A stretch of 32,000 nt of DNA from Synechococcus sp. A15-24 (GCF_014280195.1 NZ_CP047960.1:450001-482000); one strand, 5' to 3'. Positions 1-9,156 are shown, counted from the stretch's first letter. Program-made: numbers and translations. Notes: generated by a model not told the origin, from the sequence alone.

Positions 1-2
1 TT

Positions 3-515
3 GGCGGTGATGGCCGCGTCCATCGCCTGCATGCCCTAACGGCAGATCTGCCGGCCCACACCTGGCGGCGCAACAGCAACAGCATCGCCCTGGCCTGTGA
101 CTGCATGGGCGGTCAACCCGATCCCTGGACGCTGTCGCCCACGGCGGCTCAGCTGCACAGCCTGTGCCAGGAGGTGGCGGCCATCGCCCGTAGCTGGGGC
201 TGGACGGCCGCCGACATCACGATCCAGTCGGTGATGACCCGCGCGGAAGCCGCCTCCAACCGCGACGGCCGCTGGATGCATGACAACTACGGACCTGTGA
301 TCTGGGGCGGCACCGGGGAGCGCTGGGATCTGCTGCAGTTGGAGCAGCACGGGCCCAGTGATGGCGGTGAACAGCTGCGGCAGCGGATTGCGGCCTTGCT
401 GAGCGGAGATGAGCTGGCGCTGCCGGCGAGCGATCGGCTGGCGTTCCGCGGCTTCACCAGCATCGAAGCCCGCGGTAAGAAGCTATCGATGCCGATGGCC
501 GCTCCTGGGCGTTGA
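3..515 (+). CDS. Amidase_2 / PGRP-type N-acetylmuramoyl-L-alanine amidase-like protein, 5' end cut by window edge
   Basis: Frame 3 is open from nt 3, with no stop before the listed ATG at 105. The translation ...AHTWRRNSNSIALACDCMGG..TAAQLHSLCQEV..SVMTRAEAA..GERWDL matches my memory of the T7-lysozyme/AmpD-type amidase core. Stop TGA at 513-515. Confidence 0.5.
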   Translation, partial: GGDGRVHRLHALTADLPAHTWRRNSNSIALACDCMGGQPDPWTLSPTAAQLHSLCQEVAAIARSWGWTAADITIQSVMTRAEAASNRDGRWMHDNYGPVIWGGTGERWDLLQLEQHGPSDGGEQLRQRIAALLSGDELALPASDRLAFRGFTSIEARGKKLSMPMAAPGR

Positions 516-817
516 TGGTGGACCTGTTGCAGCGCTACGACCTCTCTCCCCAGTGGGATGCCAATCAACGCCGGGTTTTGATTGCGGCAAACGATGTGGC
601 CCCCACCTACCGGGACGATGCCGTGCAGGCGACCGTGGGTTGGCCGCTGGTGGAGATGGCCCTGCAGAGCGGCCAGACCCCAGTGATCCTTACGGGCATT
701 CTTCGTCCTTCGCCCGACGGGGATCGGGCCTGGTGCCGCGTGCTGGAGTTCGCTGAGGAGTTCGGTATCAGTGTCAGCTTTGAGCCGTTGCTGCTCGGGG
801 AACGGCGTGGGGGCTAA
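512..817 (+). CDS. Hypothetical protein (about 100 aa), start overlaps the stop of the upstream amidase-like ORF
   Basis: ORF track 512..817. TTG 512 / ATG 515 overlap TGA 513-515 of the upstream ORF. Coding-like sequence, but I recognise no family. Confidence 0.45.
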   Translation: MMVDLLQRYDLSPQWDANQRRVLIAANDVAPTYRDDAVQATVGWPLVEMALQSGQTPVILTGILRPSPDGDRAWCRVLEFAEEFGISVSFEPLLLGERRGG

Positions 818-867
818 GTCCCTCAATGCCCCGTAGGGTGAAGAATCTGGTCGTTGTTCTCTAAGCG

Positions 868-1683
868 ATGGCCGCGAAACAGCGTCTGGATCTGGAGCTG
901 CTGAGCCGTGGGCTGGTTGCCTCGCGGCAACAGGCGCAGCAACTGATCCGGGCCGGCAAGGTGCGCGATGGCGCCGGCACCTTGCTGGACAAGCCCGGCA
1001 CTGAGGTTGCTGCAGCGCTGGAGCTGCGGGTGGAGCAGCCCCCCCGCTTCGTCTCGCGCGGCGGCGAGAAATTGCTGGCCGGCCTGCAGGCCTTTCCGAT
1101 CGCCACTGAAGGCCGCGTCTGTCTGGATGGCGGCATCTCCACCGGTGGCTTCACCGATTGCCTGCTTCAGCACGGCGCCTCCCGGGTGTACGGCGTGGAT
1201 GTGGGCTACGGCCAGACCTCCTGGAGCCTGCGCACCGATGAACGGGTGGTCTTGCGGGAACGCACCAATCTGCGCCACCTGCAGCCCGAGCAGCTGTACG
1301 GGGCGGAGGATCCCTGGCCCAGTCTGGCGGTGACCGATGTGTCGTTCATTTCCCTGCGCCTGGTTCTGCCGGCCTTGCGACGCCTGCTGAAGCCAGCGGA
1401 TGGGGCCTGCCCTGAGGCTCTGGTGTTGGTGAAACCTCAGTTTGAAGTGGGTAAGGATCGGGTGGGCAAGGGCGGCGTGGTGCGCAATCCGGCGGCCCAC
1501 CGCGATGCGATTGAGCTGGTGATGGCGTCGGCCGCTGAATTGGGTTGGCATCCGCAAGGCATCGTGGCCTCGCCGATCACCGGCCCGGCTGGCAACCACG
1601 AGTACGTGCTCTGGCTGGCGGAAGCAGAGGGCGCCTTGCTGCCGGATCTCGAATCATTGGTCGCGACCACTCTGGCCAGCTGA
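868..1683 (+). CDS. tlyA: TlyA-family 16S/23S rRNA (cytidine-2'-O)-methyltransferase (hemolysin A-like)
   Basis: 271 aa. N-terminal S4-like RLDLELLSRGLVASRQQAQQLIRAGKV, followed by an FtsJ-type fold (CLDGGISTGGFTDCLLQHGASRVYGVDVGYGQ). Confidence 0.9.
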   Translation: MAAKQRLDLELLSRGLVASRQQAQQLIRAGKVRDGAGTLLDKPGTEVAAALELRVEQPPRFVSRGGEKLLAGLQAFPIATEGRVCLDGGISTGGFTDCLLQHGASRVYGVDVGYGQTSWSLRTDERVVLRERTNLRHLQPEQLYGAEDPWPSLAVTDVSFISLRLVLPALRRLLKPADGACPEALVLVKPQFEVGKDRVGKGGVVRNPAAHRDAIELVMASAAELGWHPQGIVASPITGPAGNHEYVLWLAEAEGALLPDLESLVATTLAS

Positions 1684-1691
1684 TGGACAAC

Positions 1692-1721
1692 AAAAAGCCC
1701 GACTGCAGGGGCCGGGCTTTT
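1692..1721. terminator. Bidirectional intrinsic terminator between convergent tlyA and apcC
   Basis: AAAAGCCCG (1693-1701) pairs with CGGGCTTTT (1713-1721). An A-run on one side and a T-run on the other give a hairpin plus U-tract on both strands. Confidence 0.6.
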
Positions 1722-1740
1722 CAATTGATCGTTTTTGAGA

Positions 1741-1941
1741 TCAGTTACCGACGTTGACCTGACGGTCGCCGGTGCAGAGCTCCACCTTGATGATGCGGCC
1801 CCCTTGCTTCTGAATCCGCTGTTGCTCAGCGAACCAGCTGTCGTAGGGGACCCACTTGGTGAAGAAGGTGTTCTGCAATTCGCGCTGCGTCCGCACCTTT
1901 TCAGGGCTGGGGATGCAGGCGGTGACTTTGAACAACCGCAT
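1741..1941 (-). CDS. apcC: Phycobilisome core linker Lc7.8 (ApcC)
   Basis: 66 aa: MRLFKVTACIPSPEKVRTQRELQNTFFTKWVPYDSWFAEQQRIQKQGGRIIKVEL, the classic ApcC sequence. Lies 5 nt downstream of apcB. Confidence 0.95.
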   Translation of the reverse strand: MRLFKVTACIPSPEKVRTQRELQNTFFTKWVPYDSWFAEQQRIQKQGGRIIKVELCTGDRQVNVGN

Positions 1942-1946
1942 GGGCC

Positions 1947-2435
1947 TCAGTTGCCCAGACCGGAGCAGATGTAGTCGAAGTACACACCCATTTCCTTGCC
2001 GGCGTCAGGGCCGACCAGACCGGCGGTGACTTCCTTCATGGCTTGGATGGCCTGAACGGTGGCACCGATGGGCACACCTAGGGAGTTGTAGGTCTCCTTG
2101 AGGCCGTTCAGAACACGCTCATCGAGGATGGAGGTGTCGCCGGCGAGCATGGCGTAGGTGGAATACCGCAGGTAGTAATCCAGGTCGCGGATGCAGGCGG
2201 CGTAGCGGCGGGTGGTGTACATGTTGCCGCCGGGACGGGTGATGTCCGAGTACAGCAGAGCCTTGGCCACGGCATCGCGAATGATGGCGGACGCATTGGC
2301 GCTGATGGTGGCTGCAGCGCGCACACGCAGCTCACCGCTGGCGAAGTAGGACTCGAGGTTGGTCATCGAGGCCGTGTCCAGGTAGAGACCCTGAACGTCG
2401 GACTTATTGATGACGTTGGTAATGGCGTCTTGCAT
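1947..2435 (-). CDS. apcB: Allophycocyanin beta subunit
   Basis: 162 aa: [20 protein letters not shown]...[23 protein letters not shown], a phycobiliprotein globin-like fold with the bilin-binding Cys context AACIRD. Confidence 0.97.
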   Translation of the reverse strand: MQDAITNVINKSDVQGLYLDTASMTNLESYFASGELRVRAAATISANASAIIRDAVAKALLYSDITRPGGNMYTTRRYAACIRDLDYYLRYSTYAMLAGDTSILDERVLNGLKETYNSLGVPIGATVQAIQAMKEVTAGLVGPDAGKEMGVYFDYICSGLGN

Positions 2436-2474
2436 GGATCCGAGAGGAGGCGTGAGGGGAGGTCAGCGGGGGGT

Positions 2475-2960
2475 TCAGGCGAGTGCGCCCACCACGTAGT
2501 CGAAGTAGGTGCCGGCTTCAGCGGCGTCATCGCCGGTTAGCAGACCCATGGCGACGGTCTTCATCTCACGCACGGCTTCCGCCATGGCCTCGAGGGGAGT
2601 GCCCAGGGAGCGATAGAGCTCCTTGGCGCCGATCACACCGATTTCTTCGATCGGGGTCACGTCACCCGCGACGATGCCGTAGGTCACCAGGCGCAGGTAG
2701 TAATCCATGTCGCGCAGGCAGGTGGCAGTCATCTCTTCGCCGTATGCGTTGCCGCCTGGGGAGATGACATCAGGGCGCTTCTGGAACAGCTGGCCGCCGG
2801 CCTGCTTCACAATCCGCTCGCGGCTCTCACACAGAACCTGAGCCACGCGAAGACGGCGTTGTCCGCCGGTCACGAAGGCTTTGATCTGGTCGAGTTCGCC
2901 AGGGCTGAGATAGCGGGCTTCGGCGTCCGCGTTGATGATCGAGTTGGAGACGATGCTCAT
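2475..2960 (-). CDS. apcA: Allophycocyanin alpha subunit
   Basis: The true start is the internal ATG at 2960 ([30 protein letters not shown]...[23 protein letters not shown]), giving 161 aa. The listed ORF extends spuriously to 3296. Confidence 0.97.
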   Translation of the reverse strand: MSIVSNSIINADAEARYLSPGELDQIKAFVTGGQRRLRVAQVLCESRERIVKQAGGQLFQKRPDVISPGGNAYGEEMTATCLRDMDYYLRLVTYGIVAGDVTPIEEIGVIGAKELYRSLGTPLEAMAEAVREMKTVAMGLLTGDDAAEAGTYFDYVVGALA

Positions 2961-3010
2961 GCAGTTCTGCCTCGAAACAAGCGGCCGCCCGTAGGAGACC
3001 GGTATCCGGT

Positions 3011-3058
3011 GAATAAAGGGTGATCCCGAAGGATCGCATCTCAGAATAAAGGCTGAGA
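3011..3058 (-). promoter_or_regulatory. Structured element in the apcA 5' leader (two adjacent stem-loops plus a 9-nt direct repeat)
   Basis: On the minus strand, TCTCAG-N8-CTGAGA (3039-3058) is followed by GATCC-UUCG-GGATC (3022-3035). CCTTTATTC occurs twice (plus-strand GAATAAAGG at 3011-3019 and 3044-3052). The element lies 50-100 nt upstream of the apcA ATG. Confidence 0.35.
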
Positions 3059-3194
3059 CAGGGGGTCGAGGCGTCAGAAGCGATGCTTGTTCACAACGAT
3101 CAACACGTGATCGGAGTGGCGTCGTTCTGTCGCGTTCGGCTGAGGCATCTTGCACCGGCATTGCCCTGTGGTTTTTAGCTGGGTAACAGTTCTT

Positions 3195-3212
3195 CACGGC
3201 ACTGATGCCGTG
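3195..3212 (-). other. Perfect 7-bp hairpin in the apcE-apcA spacer
   Basis: CACGGCA-ctga-TGCCGTG on the plus strand (CACGGCA-tcag-TGCCGTG on the minus strand), with no U-tract. Could be an RNA processing or stability element, or part of the apcA leader. Confidence 0.3.
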
Positions 3213-3317
3213 GGCAGACCCGTTGCTGCAGCTGTGGTTTGCGGGACTGTCCCCCCGCGGTTTGAACACAGCAAAAGAGCCCGGATGAAGCAGCACTTCA
3301 CACAGGCAAATTGATCG

Positions 3318-3340
3318 AAAACGCCAGGAATTGACGTTTT
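3318..3340 (-). terminator. Weak candidate terminator downstream of apcE
   Basis: AAAACGCC-aggaatt-GACGTTTT symmetric hairpin about 30 nt after the apcE stop. The stem is short and half A-U. Confidence 0.3.
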
Positions 3341-3368
3341 AAATGTCAGGACGACAGCCTCAGCGTCC

Positions 3369-6260
3369 TCAGATCGCCGCGTCGGTGGGTGGTGTCATGC
3401 CGGCATTGCCGCGGTAAAGGCCTGCCGTGCGTTGAAGCGTGGCCTGACTGACGCCTGAACGGGTGTTCATACCATCCGTGCGAGGGACGCTGTCGCTCGA
3501 GGGCAGTTGCTCAACAAGCTCTTGAACGGCTTTGGGTTGGCCGGATTCCGCTCGGACAATCAGGAAGCGACTGACTTCAGCCGGGGTCGCAGCGCGTCCC
3601 AGTAAGGCCATCGTGGCGGCGGTCGCCGCCCGCAATGGCGCCAGGTTGAACAGTCGTGTTTGGAATGCCTCGCTGAAGGCAACGGCTTCGATGAAACCCT
3701 TCAGGCTGATGTCCTCATTGCGCAGTTTCGATTCGGCTGACTGCAGTCGTTCACTGTCAAGCGGCACGCGGTTGAGCAGCTGTCTGTAGGTCGCGTTGAT
3801 GACGTTCAACAGTTCTGTTTCACTGCAGGGTCGCTTCAGCGAGAGAGGCGCAGGAAGACTGGAACGGAGCTTGTAACCATTAGCCCCACCACTTGCCAGC
3901 GCGCCGGTCATTGGATTGAGCGGGGGAAGCGCCTTGCGGCGTTCCGATTTGGATTGGAGGGATTCCCCAAGTCGGATCTGTATCAAGCTGGGGTTCAGGT
4001 CTGTTCCCTGAGCAAACCCTCTGGCCATTCCGCTCCAGCCCTCTGAGGTTGACTTGGAATTGCCGAGCAGATTGCGCTGCGTCAGCTCACCACTGCCGCG
4101 GAATCCTTTGGTTGCAGCAGCTTCAGGTCGGTTGTTGAGAACAAAACTCGATTCGGCGTAACCAAAGCTGGTGACCTCACGCTTGAACGTGGGCGTTCGA
4201 CGCACAGAAAGATCGCCAGGGGTGATAAACCGCTCGAAGGGAACGGTGTCCTCGCCGAAGCTTTCGTTGTATTCGCGGCTGTTGATCAGGGCATCCACCA
4301 CGCCGTAGAAACCTTTGCGGGCTGCCGTGTCGAACAGGGCATCGATCTCCCAGCGTCCAAAGGTGGGGCGGCCGAGCAAGCGGCGATGGATTACCTCGAT
4401 CGCTTTGGTGATGTAAAGGCCGCTCCAATAGCGGCGGCGGAAAGCATCGGAACGGGCCACACAGCGCACAAACTCCCGCAGAGAGATGTCACCGTTTTCC
4501 AGCCGGGCCTCGTCAGAGCCGCGGCGTTCACCGGCATAGCCGGCATTGCCCAGCACCTGCACATACACGGCGTTGATCACCGCCTGGGTGCTGGATTCGG
4601 TGTTGCGCACGCTGGGCTGACCGCCACGCCGGGGGTTGACGTTGCCGCCGGTGGCTATCTGCTGCAGACGCATCACCCTGGGTCCCACCTTGCGGGGGCG
4701 GCTGCTGCGGAAGCTGGCGCTGTCCAGCTGTCCGGGGCTGTTGAGCCCATTACTCACCAGCAGTCGACGGCTGTCGTAGCCATACGGAGCTGGGCGGGTT
4801 GCCACCGAGGCCGTGCCACTGGGGAAGATGGCGCCGTACTGGTTGGCGACTGGGTCGTTGCCACCGCCGTAGACATGTTGATCAGCGAAGGGCTGGCGGT
4901 AGGAGGCGTAAAGGGTGACGTACTGAGGGGCCCCATCAAAGGGGGCGCTGAAGTTGAACAGCTTGCGGTTGGATCCCCAGCCGGCGCTCTCCTGGGCTTC
5001 GGTGCCCAGGTCTCGCAGGAATGGAACAGTTTCTTCCCCGAAGGTCTGGGCGTATTCGGCAGAGTTCACCAACACATCCACCAGGCCGTTCAGACCCTGG
5101 TCGCTGAGGATGGCGAAGGACTTGCGGAACTCCTCCAGGGAGCTGATTCCGCGGCCGAGGAAATGGCGGTAAGCCAGCTCCACCACCCGGCTGTTGACGT
5201 AACCGTCGTGGAACTGCTGGCGGTATTCCTTGCTGCGGCCAAGGGCGCGGATGAATTCGCGCATCGAGATCTGGCCCTGCACCACCTGGCTGGCTTCCAC
5301 GCGGCAAGGGGTCTGGGAGTAGCCCTTAGCGATGTCGCGTTCAAACACCTGGCGGTAGGCGCCGCGGATGATTTCCGCCTTTTCAGTTCCGGAGAGGCCA
5401 GGGCGCATCTCGAGCAATTGGCGCCCTTCGGCTGCCAGGGCATAGATCGCCGGCAGCTGCAGGCCCTGCTGCACGCTGCTGCCCTGGCGCTGCTTGGTGC
5501 TGGGGGTGGGAATGGCCAGCTCCTGCAACAGTACGTTGAAGCAATCGATCGTCAGCTGGCGGGCTTCCGGCCGATCTCGAAGCAGCTGGGCTGATGCGGC
5601 GCGCATCTCCTGCAGCGCCACGTTGGTGGCGGTAAGGGAGCAGTTCTCCAGAAGAATGTCGCGCAGGCCTCGGGTGTTCACCGCGAGGATGCTGGGGTCA
5701 CCTGCCACCAGGGCATAGCCCACATAGCGAAGGAACCAGCCCATGTCCCGCACGGACTTGCGCATGAAGGCGGGGCCGTACTTGGCCACACTGATGGCGT
5801 TGAAGCCAGTGGGCAGCACAACCCGAACATCGGCATCACCGCCGGCGCCCTCCAGCAGCCGGGTGAAGAAATTGCCGCGTTTGGTGTCACCACTGCTGCC
5901 GGTGAAGGTGCGCACCGATTGCTCGAAGGCCACCTGGTCCGCCGCCAGGGGGGTGCCGTCCTGACCGCTGGGGCGGCCGGTCTCGCCAGTGGTCAGTGGT
6001 GCTTCAAGGAACGACAGCGGCGTACCGCCCACAAAGATGCGGTTGGCAGCGCGAGCCACGATGGATTCGGCATTGGCCGCGATGATCCGCGAGGCCTCGA
6101 TGCGGTCCTGACCGCTGCGGAAGAAGTTGACCAGGTTCTCGAGCTCAACCCTCTCGGGGAAGCGGTCTTGCTGCTCCGCCTGGCGAACGCTGGAGAGCGG
6201 CAGGGTGTCGAATAGCTGAGGAGAGACACGCGGGCTGCCGCTGCTGGCGGTCACTGTCAT
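3369..6260 (-). CDS. apcE: Phycobilisome core-membrane linker LCM (ApcE), three REP/linker domains
   Basis: Start at internal ATG 6260 (MTVTASSGSPRVSPQLFDTLPLSSVRQAEQQDRF, the typical ApcE N-terminus), giving 963 aa. It has an N-terminal phycobiliprotein-like domain with a loop insertion. Three PBS-linker repeats begin at IIRGAYRQVFERDI, VINAVYVQVLGN and VINATYRQLLNR, consistent with a tricylindrical core. Confidence 0.95.
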   Translation of the reverse strand: MTVTASSGSPRVSPQLFDTLPLSSVRQAEQQDRFPERVELENLVNFFRSGQDRIEASRIIAANAESIVARAANRIFVGGTPLSFLEAPLTTGETGRPSGQDGTPLAADQVAFEQSVRTFTGSSGDTKRGNFFTRLLEGAGGDADVRVVLPTGFNAISVAKYGPAFMRKSVRDMGWFLRYVGYALVAGDPSILAVNTRGLRDILLENCSLTATNVALQEMRAASAQLLRDRPEARQLTIDCFNVLLQELAIPTPSTKQRQGSSVQQGLQLPAIYALAAEGRQLLEMRPGLSGTEKAEIIRGAYRQVFERDIAKGYSQTPCRVEASQVVQGQISMREFIRALGRSKEYRQQFHDGYVNSRVVELAYRHFLGRGISSLEEFRKSFAILSDQGLNGLVDVLVNSAEYAQTFGEETVPFLRDLGTEAQESAGWGSNRKLFNFSAPFDGAPQYVTLYASYRQPFADQHVYGGGNDPVANQYGAIFPSGTASVATRPAPYGYDSRRLLVSNGLNSPGQLDSASFRSSRPRKVGPRVMRLQQIATGGNVNPRRGGQPSVRNTESSTQAVINAVYVQVLGNAGYAGERRGSDEARLENGDISLREFVRCVARSDAFRRRYWSGLYITKAIEVIHRRLLGRPTFGRWEIDALFDTAARKGFYGVVDALINSREYNESFGEDTVPFERFITPGDLSVRRTPTFKREVTSFGYAESSFVLNNRPEAAATKGFRGSGELTQRNLLGNSKSTSEGWSGMARGFAQGTDLNPSLIQIRLGESLQSKSERRKALPPLNPMTGALASGGANGYKLRSSLPAPLSLKRPCSETELLNVINATYRQLLNRVPLDSERLQSAESKLRNEDISLKGFIEAVAFSEAFQTRLFNLAPLRAATAATMALLGRAATPAEVSRFLIVRAESGQPKAVQELVEQLPSSDSVPRTDGMNTRSGVSQATLQRTAGLYRGNAGMTPPTDAAI

Positions 6261-6366
6261 CGACGGATGCAAGCCGGATCGCGCCACGTTACGGCTGTCG
6301 GGATGAAGCCCAGCCGACCTATGAACAAAAGTTGTGAAAAGCTCGGGATCACCCGATTTCTCCTCC

Positions 6367-7536
6367 ATGGCTGAGCCAGGGAACAGGGACGCCGCCACTC
6401 CGGTTGTCAGCGCCTTCTACGACCGTTTCCCGTTTCCCGGTGATCCGCTGCAGGACGGCCCACCACCCGGATACAACTGGCGCTGGTGCCATCAGAGCGT
6501 CCTGGCTGCCGTGAATGGGTCCTTGCCAGCAGGGTCGGAGCGGCCACGGATCCTGGATGCCGGCTGCGGCACCGGTGTGAGCACCGACTACCTCTGCCAT
6601 CTCAACCCAGGTGCCGAGGTTCTGGGGATCGACATTAGCGAGGGGGCACTGGCGGTGGCCCGGGAGCGATTGCAGCGTTCCGGTGCAGCGGCCCAGGTGA
6701 GTCAGCTGCGCCAGGAGCAGCGCAGCCTGATGGACCTGGAGAGCGAAGGACCGTTCGACTACATCAACTCCGTCGGGGTGCTGCACCATCTGGATCAACC
6801 GGAGTCGGGTCTGCGCTCGTTGGCTGGGCGCCTGGCCCCCGATGGTGTGCTCCATCTCTTCTTATATGCGGATGCCGGCCGCTGGGAGATCCACCGCACC
6901 CAGCAGGCCCTGACCCTGCTTGATGTCGGCACGGGACGCGAGGGCCTGCGCCTCGGCCGGGAGCTGCTGGCGTCGCTTCCGGAGAGCAACCGACTGGCGC
7001 GACACCATCGCGAGCGCTGGGCCGTGGACTGCGCCGCCGATGCCAACTTCGCTGACATGTACCTGCATCCGCAGGAGACCAGCTACAACCTGCAGCGCCT
7101 TTTTGCCTTCATCGAAGCGGCCGATCTCCATTTTGCTGGCTTCTCCAATCCGGAGGTCTGGGATCCAGTCCGGCTCCTGAACGGAGAACTGCTGGAGCGT
7201 GCCCAGGTGCTGCCGCAGCGTCAGCAATGGCTGCTGGTGGAACAGCTGGATCCAGACATCAGCCACTTTGAGTTCTTCCTGTCGGCACAACCGGTCCAGC
7301 CAGCGAGCTGGAGTGACGCTGCTCTGCAGGCTGCCAAAGGAGTGCGACAGCCCTGCCTCTGGGGGGAACCGGATCCAATCCTGGACCGCAACATGCAACC
7401 GCTGCAGCTCAGCGATACGGAGCGCCAGCTGCTGCGACGCGTCTACGAGCAGCCGGACACACCGCTGGGTGCCCTGGCTGAGCCAGCTGTGATCCGTGAT
7501 CTCGCGGCTCGCCAGCTGTTGCTGCTGAAGGCTTAA
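6367..7536 (+). CDS. Class I SAM-dependent methyltransferase, about 390-400 aa; candidate phycobiliprotein beta-Asn72 methyltransferase (CpcM-like)
   Basis: SAM motif I ILDAGCGTGVSTDYL plus a long C-terminal extension. Divergent from apcE. Start is ATG 6367, or alternatively GTG 6334. The CpcM assignment rests only on size, domain order and neighbourhood. Confidence 0.8.
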   Translation: MAEPGNRDAATPVVSAFYDRFPFPGDPLQDGPPPGYNWRWCHQSVLAAVNGSLPAGSERPRILDAGCGTGVSTDYLCHLNPGAEVLGIDISEGALAVARERLQRSGAAAQVSQLRQEQRSLMDLESEGPFDYINSVGVLHHLDQPESGLRSLAGRLAPDGVLHLFLYADAGRWEIHRTQQALTLLDVGTGREGLRLGRELLASLPESNRLARHHRERWAVDCAADANFADMYLHPQETSYNLQRLFAFIEAADLHFAGFSNPEVWDPVRLLNGELLERAQVLPQRQQWLLVEQLDPDISHFEFFLSAQPVQPASWSDAALQAAKGVRQPCLWGEPDPILDRNMQPLQLSDTERQLLRRVYEQPDTPLGALAEPAVIRDLAARQLLLLKA

Positions 7537-7549
7537 GCCACGAGGACGC

Positions 7550-7921
7550 GTGATAGATTCCGCGCGCCATTTCAGGCAGCGCTTGGAGGATTTCTACCGT
7601 CTTCAGCGTCGTCTGCTGCTGGCCACCGTTCTGGTGTCTTTGGTCACGGTTCCGATCGTGGCCCTCACCATGAACCTTTCGGTGGCCGGCAGTGTGCTCG
7701 TGGGTTCTTGCGCCGGACTTCTGTACGTGCGTCTGCTTGCCCGCAGCGTGGCCCGGCTCAGTGACCAGTCCCGTGGACTGGGGCGTTTTCAGCTCATCGT
7801 TCCGACCTTGCTTGTGGTTAGTTCGGCCAAGCTGCCCCAGCTCGATCTGCTGCCGGCCTTCCTGGGATTCCTTCTTTACAAGCCCGCCCTGATTCTTCAG
7901 CACGTTTTCGACGACCGCTGA
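7550..7921 (+). CDS. atpI: ATP synthase protein I (atp1 operon leader gene)
   Basis: 123-aa hydrophobic protein immediately upstream of subunit a, in the position and of the size typical of cyanobacterial atp1. GTG start. Confidence 0.75.
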   Translation: MIDSARHFRQRLEDFYRLQRRLLLATVLVSLVTVPIVALTMNLSVAGSVLVGSCAGLLYVRLLARSVARLSDQSRGLGRFQLIVPTLLVVSSAKLPQLDLLPAFLGFLLYKPALILQHVFDDR

Positions 7922-7945
7922 AGCTGAGCACTCCTCTCTGCACCC

Positions 7946-8671
7946 ATGGCTTTGCTGCCCTTTCCACTCCCGTTCGCTGAACTGGAAGTGGGCCACCACC
8001 TGTACTGGCAGATCGGCGATCTGTACCTGCATGGCCAGGTGTTCCTGAGCTCCTGGATCCTGATCGGCATCCTGCTGGTTCTTGTTCTGGCTGGCACCCG
8101 CAACATGCAGCGCGACCCCCTGGGTCTGCAGAACCTGCTGGAGTTCCTCTGGAACTTCATTCGCGACATCGCCCGCGACAACATCGGCGAGAAGTATTAC
8201 CGCGACTGGTTGCCGTTCATCGGCACCCTGTTCCTGTTTATCTTCGTGAGCAACTGGGGTGGCGCGCTGATCCCCTGGAAGATCGTCGAACTTCCCGAGG
8301 GTGAGCTGGGCGCTCCCACCGCAGACATCAACACCACGGTGGCCATGGCCTTGCTGGTGTCCCTGGCGTATTTCTATGCCGGTCTTAGCCGCAAGGGTCT
8401 GCGCTTCTTCGAGCTGTACGTGGAGCCGACCCCGATCATGCTCCCGTTCAAGATCATCGAGGAATTCACCAAGCCCCTGTCGCTCTCCTTCCGTCTGTTC
8501 GGAAACATCCTTGCGGATGAGCTGGCTGTGGGCGTTCTGGTGTATCTCGTGCCCCTGCTCGTGCCTCTGCCGGTGATGTTGCTTGGCTTGTTCACAAGTG
8601 CCATTCAGGCCTTGATCTTCGCGACCCTCACCGCCTTCTACATCGGTGAAGGTCTGCACGAGGCCCACTAA
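7946..8671 (+). CDS. atpB: F0F1 ATP synthase subunit a
   Basis: 241 aa: ...[21 protein letters not shown]..., carrying the conserved Arg of the proton channel. The cyanobacterial name is atpI. Confidence 0.95.
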   Translation: MALLPFPLPFAELEVGHHLYWQIGDLYLHGQVFLSSWILIGILLVLVLAGTRNMQRDPLGLQNLLEFLWNFIRDIARDNIGEKYYRDWLPFIGTLFLFIFVSNWGGALIPWKIVELPEGELGAPTADINTTVAMALLVSLAYFYAGLSRKGLRFFELYVEPTPIMLPFKIIEEFTKPLSLSFRLFGNILADELAVGVLVYLVPLLVPLPVMLLGLFTSAIQALIFATLTAFYIGEGLHEAH

Positions 8672-8698
8672 GTGCCTTCATTGGCTTTCGCCTTTTGA

Positions 8699-9088
<390 letters not shown>

Positions 9089-9095
9089 TCAGCGC

Positions 9096-9115
9096 GGGGG
9101 AGCTTTGGCTCCCCC
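9096..9115 (+). promoter_or_regulatory. Strong GC hairpin immediately after the c-subunit gene (no U-tract)
   Basis: GGGGGAGC-tttg-GCTCCCCC, a perfect 8-bp stem starting 8 nt after the atpE stop. It is followed by tctgaacc, so it is not a canonical terminator. More likely an mRNA stabiliser or attenuator. Confidence 0.45.
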
Positions 9116-9156
9116 TCTGAACCCCTTGTCTCGATCCCTTTCCAGCGCACCCTTCC

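Noticed and set aside
1-39. Frame-1 reading LAVMAASIACMP-stop as the tail of an upstream gene
   Set aside because: Frame 3 is open across the same bases and continues into a coherent amidase-like domain, so the frame-1 stop is probably incidental. This cannot be resolved without upstream sequence.
476-515. Possible frameshift joining the amidase-like ORF to the 512-817 ORF (frame 2 is open from 479 and reads EAIDADGRSWALMVDLLQ)
   Set aside because: A start codon overlapping the stop (TTG/ATG at 512-517 against TGA 513-515) is the normal signature of two coupled genes. I have no homologue alignment to support a fusion. It is kept only as a note within the first finding.
2961-3296. 112-aa upstream extension of the apcA ORF
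   Set aside because: All allophycocyanin alpha subunits start at MSIV..., which here is ATG 2960. The extension has no protein-like character and covers the structured leader.
3331-3353. Plus-strand TTGACG box in the apcE-apcA spacer as a possible antisense promoter
   Set aside because: There is no acceptable -10 hexamer at 16-19 nt spacing and no plus-strand gene downstream. The same bases form part of the weak apcE terminator hairpin.
4386-5594. 402-aa plus-strand ORF inside apcE
   Set aside because: Antisense to apcE, with an Ala/Gly/Val/His-rich nonsense translation. Several shorter ORFs in 3532-6229 are rejected for the same reason.
6261-6398. 46-aa upstream extension of the apcE ORF, and the GTG 6334 extension of the methyltransferase
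   Set aside because: The ApcE N-terminus MTVTASSG...QAEQQDRF matches the family start at 6260. The two extensions would overlap each other on opposite strands.
7409-8668. 419-aa minus-strand ORF
   Set aside because: Antisense to the atpI and atpB (subunit a) genes. No recognisable domains; a high-GC antisense artefact.
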